DNA of 64,000 nucleotides from a bacterium (GTDB taxonomy: Bacteria > Arandabacterota > Arandabacteria > Arandabacterales > Arandabacteraceae). Below are positions 58,452 to 64,000 of the stretch, in pieces. The translations under genes were made by a program, and so were the position numbers. The stretch covers positions 5,234 through 69,233 of the forward strand of contig JAOZOU010000008.1 of the NCBI GenBank assembly GCA_029933125.1, read 5' to 3'. The notes below the pieces were generated by a model, which was not told the origin of the DNA, did not search any database, and was given only the letters and a program-made list of their open reading frames with translations. Numbering within the stretch: the stretch's first letter is position 1; each line of letters starts with the position of its first letter.

Positions 58452-59988
58452 CATCTTTCTCTTGATCTTCGCTTTTGCATGTTCCAAGGGCACCGAGTCC
58501 CGCGAAAGGGGGAATGCTAGTATGGCACCATCCGTGGAAATTAGAGAGCCAGCTGTTGCCGGTGCTTTCTACCCTGGGACGGAAAGCGCACTTCGTAAGA
58601 ATGTAGAGCAATTGCTTAGCCAGGCTAAGCCACCTGTGTTCAAGGGCAAGGTGATTGGTCTTATATCCCCACATGCAGGCTACATATATTCAGGTCTCGT
58701 CGCTGCTCATGGATATAAGCTCATCAAGGGTACGAGATTTGACGATGTTATCATCGTGGCACCGAGCCATCATGCCTATTTCAAGGGGAGCTCTATCTAT
58801 TTCAAGGGACCATATCGTACACCGCTTGGTCTTGTAGATGTTGACCGCGCTTTATGCAAGGCTATAGTGGATTTTGATGAGTCCATCATCTACTATCCTC
58901 AAGCTCACTTCAGAGAACACTCACTCGAGGTTCAATTGCCTTTTCTCCAGATAGCTCTCGACAGCTTGAGAATTGTTCCGATTGTGATGGGGGATCAAGC
59001 ATTTGATAACTGTGTGAGACTTGCAGAGGCAATTGCCTCGAATGTTAAGGATAGAAATGTTCTGCTTGTCGCAAGCTCCGACCTATCACACTACCATAAC
59101 TACGACGAAGCTGTCTCGCTTGATAATATAGTGATCGATCACGTCAGCAGATATGATTACGAAGGTCTTGCTAAAGATCTTGAAAGGCGAGTCTGTGAGG
59201 CATGTGGAGGCGGTCCTATAATCACTGTCATGATTGCGGCTCAAAAATTGGGTGCAACCAAGAGCGTGATTCTGAAGTATGCCAACTCAGGCGATGTAAC
59301 GGGTGACCGATCGACTGTCGTAGGTTACCTCTCCGCTGCCTTGATTTCCGAGAAGAAGGGGGACACCAAGTCGGAGAAAAGCACCGAGACAAAAGGTGAA
59401 TCCAGATCCAGTACGGTTGGGGTGGATTTAGGGCTAGGTGACGCTGAGAAAATTGAACTTCTAAAGATTGCTCGTTTGTCAATCGAAGCCAAGGTCAAGG
59501 GCAAGCCTATTCCTGAATTTCATACTGACCTCCCCCTGTTAAAGGCCAAGATGGGTGCCTTTGTAACCCTTACCAAAAATGGGCAACTCAGAGGTTGCAT
59601 AGGTAACATCCGAGGCACTATGCCACTCTATCAGACAGTCTCGCAGATGGCGATAGCTGCCGCTACTGAGGACCCGCGCTTCCCGCCTGTCAGAGCTGAT
59701 GAACTTAAGGATATAACCATAGAGATCTCAGTGCTCACACCCTTCAAGCGCTTGACTGATCCAGAAGAAATCCAGATTGGTAGAGATGGCCTTTATATTG
59801 AAAAGGGACATCACCATGGACTCCTTCTTCCGCAGGTGGCAACTGAATATGGGTGGGACAGAGAGGAATTCCTCAAACATACATGCCTCAAGGCTGGTCT
59901 TCCCCCAGATGCCTGGAAGGAAGGATCAACACTTTACTCATTTTCAGCTCAGGTTTTCAATGAAACCGAACTCGGCCTGAAACCATGA
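58417..59988 (+). CDS. Fusion protein: Memo-like (AmmeMemoRadiSam system protein B) N-terminal half + AMMECR1 (protein A) C-terminal half, with N-terminal hydrophobic leader
   Basis: Leader MRGRSLGIASISIFLLIFAFAC. Memo blocks AGAFYPG, ISPHAGYIYSG, SSDLSHY. AMMECR1 blocks GAFVTLTKNGQLRGCIGN and LLPQVA. Ser/Lys/Thr-rich linker between halves. Confidence 0.8.
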   Translation: MRGRSLGIASISIFLLIFAFACSKGTESRERGNASMAPSVEIREPAVAGAFYPGTESALRKNVEQLLSQAKPPVFKGKVIGLISPHAGYIYSGLVAAHGYKLIKGTRFDDVIIVAPSHHAYFKGSSIYFKGPYRTPLGLVDVDRALCKAIVDFDESIIYYPQAHFREHSLEVQLPFLQIALDSLRIVPIVMGDQAFDNCVRLAEAIASNVKDRNVLLVASSDLSHYHNYDEAVSLDNIVIDHVSRYDYEGLAKDLERRVCEACGGGPIITVMIAAQKLGATKSVILKYANSGDVTGDRSTVVGYLSAALISEKKGDTKSEKSTETKGESRSSTVGVDLGLGDAEKIELLKIARLSIEAKVKGKPIPEFHTDLPLLKAKMGAFVTLTKNGQLRGCIGNIRGTMPLYQTVSQMAIAAATEDPRFPPVRADELKDITIEISVLTPFKRLTDPEEIQIGRDGLYIEKGHHHGLLLPQVATEYGWDREEFLKHTCLKAGLPPDAWKEGSTLYSFSAQVFNETELGLKP

Positions 59989-62260
59989 AGATTGCTGCCA
60001 TGCCTGCTAGGACTATGGAGTTGACGAGGGCAGATACATAGGCTGTAGCGTGGAAGCCGAGAGTCGGCACAACAAGAAAACCAACAAGCAAGCCTGCGAC
60101 GGAAGCTCCAACAAGATCAAGTGAATAAGCTAGGCCTCCTGCTTCAGCTTCCGAAGATGATTGTCTCAACAAGTCTGAAGCTCTCGCAAAGATTGCCCCT
60201 GAGGTTGCCCCCGTTAGGAAGGCGAGTATGGTGAAAGGCAAATCTATATAGAATCCGCCAATCTTGCTGCTCCTCAGGACGTCGAAAATGGCAACTACGC
60301 CAAGGGGAATGACTATCAACGCAACTTGAAGGAGGAGTATGTCTCTGGCCAGGGTCTTACCATGGTACTTGTGACTCACAAGCGATGCTATCCCCATCCC
60401 CAGCATGAAGCCCGCTATCAACATCGCTATCTTGACATAGATGTAGCCACTGAGAACCTGGAAACAGAGTAGGAGAAGTACCTGAGTAAGCATCGAAGCA
60501 AAACCCATGGCATATACAGCCAATGCCCCCACCACGATATCACAGCATCTTAGATTGCCCCGAACAAAGCCAAGAGGAAAAACAATTGCCAGAGCAGTAA
60601 GAATAGCTAACCACCTGCCGAAACCTGACCACCTGATCATCCTGAGAAGCAATTTTCCGCTCCTGAAATGTTTTGCCCAGAGGGCAATGGAATACGCAAA
60701 CGAGATGGGGCGGTCATCCACACTTGGCCTAACAGATTCAAAAGATGCGACGATGCTGTCAATCTGTGCTCTTGCAAGGGGAAACAATCTATTGGCAATC
60801 ACTGGAGAAGTTATGAAGGAGGTTGCTATTCCCCTTTCCTCAAGTGTATCAAGTAGCTTTGTGACGCGGTCTTCAACTTCGAGATTTCTCGATGCTATGA
60901 TGTGGATAGTCTCCCCAGGCAGTATGGTTACCCTTCCCAATGCTTGCCTACATGCATTGGCAATCGCCGAAATGAGACTAGCTCGCTCAGGGCCAAGGTA
61001 GGCTCCTTCACATGGTATCTTGAGAGCAAGCACACCCTGAGCATGAAGGATACACGCAACCTTCTTGAAGAATTCGACAGTATAGTAGCGACAGATCTGA
61101 AGATTCACCGGCTCACCGACATTCACTATTACCACATCATAAAGCTCATGCGTTGACGCAACATAGCGTCTGCCATCCCCATAGATGGCTCTAACTTTCA
61201 CACCTTCAGCTGAGAGCCAGCCAGGTGGTGTGAATCTCCTGACAACATCAATCATCTTTGGATCGAGCTCCACATAGTCCAGAGACTCAATCGAAGCATA
61301 TTTTGCAACCTCATGCACCACACCACTACCGCCCCCACCCAGAATCAGAACCTTGTGTGGCGAGGGATGGCAGAGCAGCGGAATGTGGACGGTTTCTTCA
61401 GCATAAAAGAGGTCAGGAGCTGAGAAGATCAACACACCATTCTCATAGAAGTCATTCATGTCACCCCTTGAGGTTACGACTATGTTGCCATAGCGGGTGT
61501 CAACTGAGGCTCCGACGCTCAATGGGTGCCATTCCCAACCTCTCGTCGTAATATCCACACGTTTGCCAAAGATGGCAATCCCCAGAACGCCAACAAGTGC
61601 GATCAGGGCGACTTTTCTGGTGGGTGGCTTACCTGGTAGCAGTATGGCTACAACTACGCAAAGCATCCCCCCAAGAGCCGTAATAGCAACTGGGTCAAGC
61701 TTTTCAAGAAGAAAGGCTGCCAAGCCCCCACCAACAATTGCGGAACCAAGCGTCTCTATGCCGTATGCAAAAGGGATGGGTTTTGTGATACCCGCTCTTT
61801 CAAGATAGGCCACGATTGCAACAAAGAGAGCTCCGATGATGAATCCAAAGGGAAAGATACCAATCACGCTTAGGATGAGTATGGTTGCTGGACTGGGCAG
61901 CTCTCCAAATCCAACCATCACCGGTTTGATGAGTCTCACCAAATTCACTTGAACTAGGGATATTACTGGCGCCATAATCAGGAGGGTCGCAAGGGTTGTA
62001 AAATGCCTGATCACGGCTTTTGATTTTCTCAGGATGAGAGCGCCAAGGGAGACTGAGACGAGCCAGACCGCAAAGGCAATAGAGAAACTTAACTCGTTGC
62101 CTCCGAAGGCTACAAGGAGCTCTCTCAAGAGTATGACTTGCACAGAGGTGCTGATAATGCCGAGAGCAAAGGGCGCAAGCAGTAATCTCCCAGAGAGTCG
62201 CATCCTAATCATCTCACTTGATTTGTCCGCCATGCTATCATACTTTAGGTAGGTGCTCAA
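59957..62260 (-). CDS. Fused polytopic membrane protein / spermidine synthase-like aminopropyltransferase
   Basis: ~7 N-terminal TM helices. Central SAM-fold VLILGGGGSGVVHEV...YDVVIVNVGEP. A further C-terminal TM bundle. The start may be an internal Met (codon 17 or 20). Confidence 0.75.
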   Translation of the reverse strand: MSTYLKYDSMADKSSEMIRMRLSGRLLLAPFALGIISTSVQVILLRELLVAFGGNELSFSIAFAVWLVSVSLGALILRKSKAVIRHFTTLATLLIMAPVISLVQVNLVRLIKPVMVGFGELPSPATILILSVIGIFPFGFIIGALFVAIVAYLERAGITKPIPFAYGIETLGSAIVGGGLAAFLLEKLDPVAITALGGMLCVVVAILLPGKPPTRKVALIALVGVLGIAIFGKRVDITTRGWEWHPLSVGASVDTRYGNIVVTSRGDMNDFYENGVLIFSAPDLFYAEETVHIPLLCHPSPHKVLILGGGGSGVVHEVAKYASIESLDYVELDPKMIDVVRRFTPPGWLSAEGVKVRAIYGDGRRYVASTHELYDVVIVNVGEPVNLQICRYYTVEFFKKVACILHAQGVLALKIPCEGAYLGPERASLISAIANACRQALGRVTILPGETIHIIASRNLEVEDRVTKLLDTLEERGIATSFITSPVIANRLFPLARAQIDSIVASFESVRPSVDDRPISFAYSIALWAKHFRSGKLLLRMIRWSGFGRWLAILTALAIVFPLGFVRGNLRCCDIVVGALAVYAMGFASMLTQVLLLLCFQVLSGYIYVKIAMLIAGFMLGMGIASLVSHKYHGKTLARDILLLQVALIVIPLGVVAIFDVLRSSKIGGFYIDLPFTILAFLTGATSGAIFARASDLLRQSSSEAEAGGLAYSLDLVGASVAGLLVGFLVVPTLGFHATAYVSALVNSIVLAGMAAIFMVSGRVRFH

Positions 62261-62280
62261 TATCGGATGGTCAAAGCGAC

Positions 62281-62667
62281 ATGAAAGATGAGGGGCTAAT
62301 AGCCAGGATTGAGAACATCATAGATAGGGATCCGAGGTACAAGCTTGAGGCATACCTCTTCCTTATAAAAGCTGTCGAATATACAATGGAGAGGCTTGAA
62401 AGGCATGGGCACGTCACGGGAAGGGAGCTGCTGGAGGGAATCAGAGAGCTGGCGAAGAAACGCTTTGGACCGATGGCACGCATGGTTTTTGAATCCTGGG
62501 GAGTAAACGCAACCGACGATTTTGGAGAGGTGGTTTTCAACCTAGTTGAAGCTGGTATCCTTGGAAAGACTGAGCAGGATTCCAAGGATGATTTCAGGGG
62601 AGTCTACGATTTCGCCGACGTCTTTGAGAAACAATATGATTGGGATATCGGTAACTCTTCGAAATAG
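62281..62667 (+). CDS. Small conserved hypothetical protein (resembles the Minf_1886 family as recalled; unverified)
   Basis: 128 aa from ATG 62281. DPRYKLEAYLFLIKAVEYT...HVTGRELLEGIRELAKKRFG...WGV....DFGEVVFNLVEAGIL pattern. Confidence 0.45.
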   Translation: MKDEGLIARIENIIDRDPRYKLEAYLFLIKAVEYTMERLERHGHVTGRELLEGIRELAKKRFGPMARMVFESWGVNATDDFGEVVFNLVEAGILGKTEQDSKDDFRGVYDFADVFEKQYDWDIGNSSK

Positions 62668-62678
62668 AGGAGCTTACG

Positions 62679-63134
62679 ATGCCTGAATCCAAGGATGACA
62701 TAATACGTGATATTCGTCATATCCAGGAGACAATGGAGCGTCTTCTTCAGGATTTCTCGAGGTTTCACATTCCCCTTCTGCTTGGAAAGGAGTCGGTCTG
62801 GCGCCCGCTTACTGATGTCTATGAAACTGACAGCCACTATGTCGTGAGGATGGAAATAGCCGGAATGAACCCAGCTGATTTCAGGATAATACTGCGTAAC
62901 AGAGTACTTACAATAAGGGGAACGCGACCGGATCCAACACCACCTGCGCGTAAGCATTTCCACAAGATGGAGATAAGCCTTGGCCCCTTTGAACGCAATG
63001 TTGAGATTCCTCGGGACATAAGGATTGCCTCAATTGAAGCCCGGTATGAGAACGGATTTCTCTTGGTCACCATAGAGAAAGGCGAGGAGCAAGCCAAATC
63101 TGGTGAGAGAATTATACCAGTGGAGCGAGGTTAA
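62679..63134 (+). CDS. Hsp20/alpha-crystallin small heat-shock protein
   Basis: Alpha-crystallin domain WRPLTDVYETDSHYVVRMEIAGMNPADFRI ... FERNVEIPRDI...ARYENGFLLVTIEK. Confidence 0.9.
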   Translation: MPESKDDIIRDIRHIQETMERLLQDFSRFHIPLLLGKESVWRPLTDVYETDSHYVVRMEIAGMNPADFRIILRNRVLTIRGTRPDPTPPARKHFHKMEISLGPFERNVEIPRDIRIASIEARYENGFLLVTIEKGEEQAKSGERIIPVERG

Positions 63135-63139
63135 CTCAC

Positions 63140-64000
63140 TTGCCCAGTTGGACCACCAAGGCACTGCTCAAGATTGCCGCCAGGATTCTGGGGAATGAGC
63201 ATGCAAATGAGCCCTTCTCGCTTGCGAGAATCTCCCAGAGTGCGCGCCGGGTGCTTGTAGTGCCCGCCGAAGGTCTTGCAGAGATCTTGCTTACATATCC
63301 AGCGCTAAGTCTGCTAAGAAAGTGTTTGCCAGAGTCGAAGATAATGTGTCTGGTTCAGGGTGCTCAGGTGGAGGTCCTTCGCAACTTTGGCACGGTTGAT
63401 GAGTTTGTTGAATTGCCCACGTTCTCCGGTGCAAGGGGTTTCTTTCGGTATAAGACATTTGTGAAAGACATCAGGGCAAGAATGGCAGAAGCTGCTTTCT
63501 GCTTTGACTTCAGGCAGGATTTCCACCGTATCATGCTGCCCATGTTAAGCGGAGCACGCTTGCGTTTCAAGCTAAAGGATGAGGTTGGCTATCCTCTTTT
63601 CAATATCGAAGTCATTCCTCGCCAGGGAGCTTCTTACCTTAGGGATGTCAACATCAGCCTCGTAAGATTCCTTGCTGACCAGGGCACGGCCTATGACAAT
63701 TGGCACTTGCCTGAGAACGAGATAAGGATTGCAAGAGAAATCATAAAATTTCGCAAACCGAATGCCTCTGATCTTCTTGTCGCCGTCGACCTGAGCTACA
63801 CAAAGAACAGAGAACGCCCGCCTTTCGATGTGGCCGTGCGAGTAGCAAGGAGTTTTGCAGCCCTGAGGCCAGCAAAGATAGCCTTGTTAGCTGATCCAGA
63901 ACCAGCAATAGGGGAGGACGAAATACGCCAGCTTGGTCCCTACGACTGGTTACAGATTCCCCAGAAGACATTCAGAGACACCCTGGGAACCCTATCTCAG
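63140..64000 (+). CDS. Glycosyltransferase family 9 (heptosyltransferase-like), partial; 3' end outside the window
   Basis: This is my own translation of an open frame that runs to the window end and is not in the ORF track. RVLVVPAEGLAEILLTYPALSLLRKCLPESKIMCLVQGAQVEVLRNFGTVDEFVELP resembles the GT9 N-terminal domain. The start is uncertain (TTG 63140 or GTG 63251). Confidence 0.5.
   Translation, partial: MPSWTTKALLKIAARILGNEHANEPFSLARISQSARRVLVVPAEGLAEILLTYPALSLLRKCLPESKIMCLVQGAQVEVLRNFGTVDEFVELPTFSGARGFFRYKTFVKDIRARMAEAAFCFDFRQDFHRIMLPMLSGARLRFKLKDEVGYPLFNIEVIPRQGASYLRDVNISLVRFLADQGTAYDNWHLPENEIRIAREIIKFRKPNASDLLVAVDLSYTKNRERPPFDVAVRVARSFAALRPAKIALLADPEPAIGEDEIRQLGPYDWLQIPQKTFRDTLGTLSQ

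Noticed and set aside
1-64000. Scan for CRISPR arrays, long direct or inverted repeats, transposases, toxin-antitoxin pairs and known defence genes.
   Set aside because: None was seen. Intergenic space is minimal and every sizeable ORF is assignable to a housekeeping or envelope function. This was a by-eye scan, so short dispersed repeats could have been missed.

Overview
This 64 kb window reads as a compact, almost gap-free chromosomal core segment of a diderm (LPS-producing) bacterium. About 62 protein genes, nearly all on the + strand, are often joined by 1-35 nt overlaps. There is one tRNA-Arg(CCG). I found no CRISPR array, transposase, integrase, prophage or recognisable defence genes.

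Content in order:
- pheT (3' part), zapB-like, zapA, rny, ymdB
- folD, xseA, xseB, ispA, dxs, nadK, recN
- a DUF362/ferredoxin gene, a STAS-like hypothetical, and tRNA-Arg
- on the minus strand, an outer-membrane barrel plus an unusual Trp/Tyr-rich lipoprotein, then the oadGAB Na+-decarboxylase operon
- an ECF sigma / anti-sigma / HtrA-like module flanked by lipoprotein genes
- a 10-gene string: pepP, efp, accB, pilT, accC, comB, thiE N-domain gene, thiE, ftsK, rimO
- a response regulator, polA, coaE, prfB (with the classic +1 frameshift), lysS
- lolE, lolD, mcsA, mcsB, clpC
- an outer-membrane/lipid A cluster: bamA, skp, lpxD, lpxC-fabZ fusion, lpxA, an oxidoreductase, lpxB, waaA, lpxK
- nadB, a THEP1-type NTPase, a Memo-AMMECR1 fusion, a fused membrane/spermidine-synthase protein, a small conserved hypothetical, hsp20, and a partial GT9 glycosyltransferase

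Most of the window is ordinary housekeeping and envelope biogenesis. I do not see a clear large novel system. The leads most worth follow-up are:
1. The aromatic-rich CXXCH lipoprotein translationally coupled to a FadL/PorV-like barrel.
2. An ECF sigma/anti-sigma operon carrying an HtrA/DegS-like PDZ protein whose catalytic His and Ser are both replaced.
3. A Memo-AMMECR1 fusion with an N-terminal export-like leader and no radical-SAM partner.
4. mcsA-mcsB-clpC (phospho-arginine proteolysis) in an LPS diderm without ctsR.
5. A Gfo/Idh/MocA oxidoreductase in the lpxA-lpxB slot, with no LpxH/I/G in the cluster.

All functional calls come from motif and family recognition in the supplied translations. 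No database search was possible, and many start codons are uncertain by a few codons.
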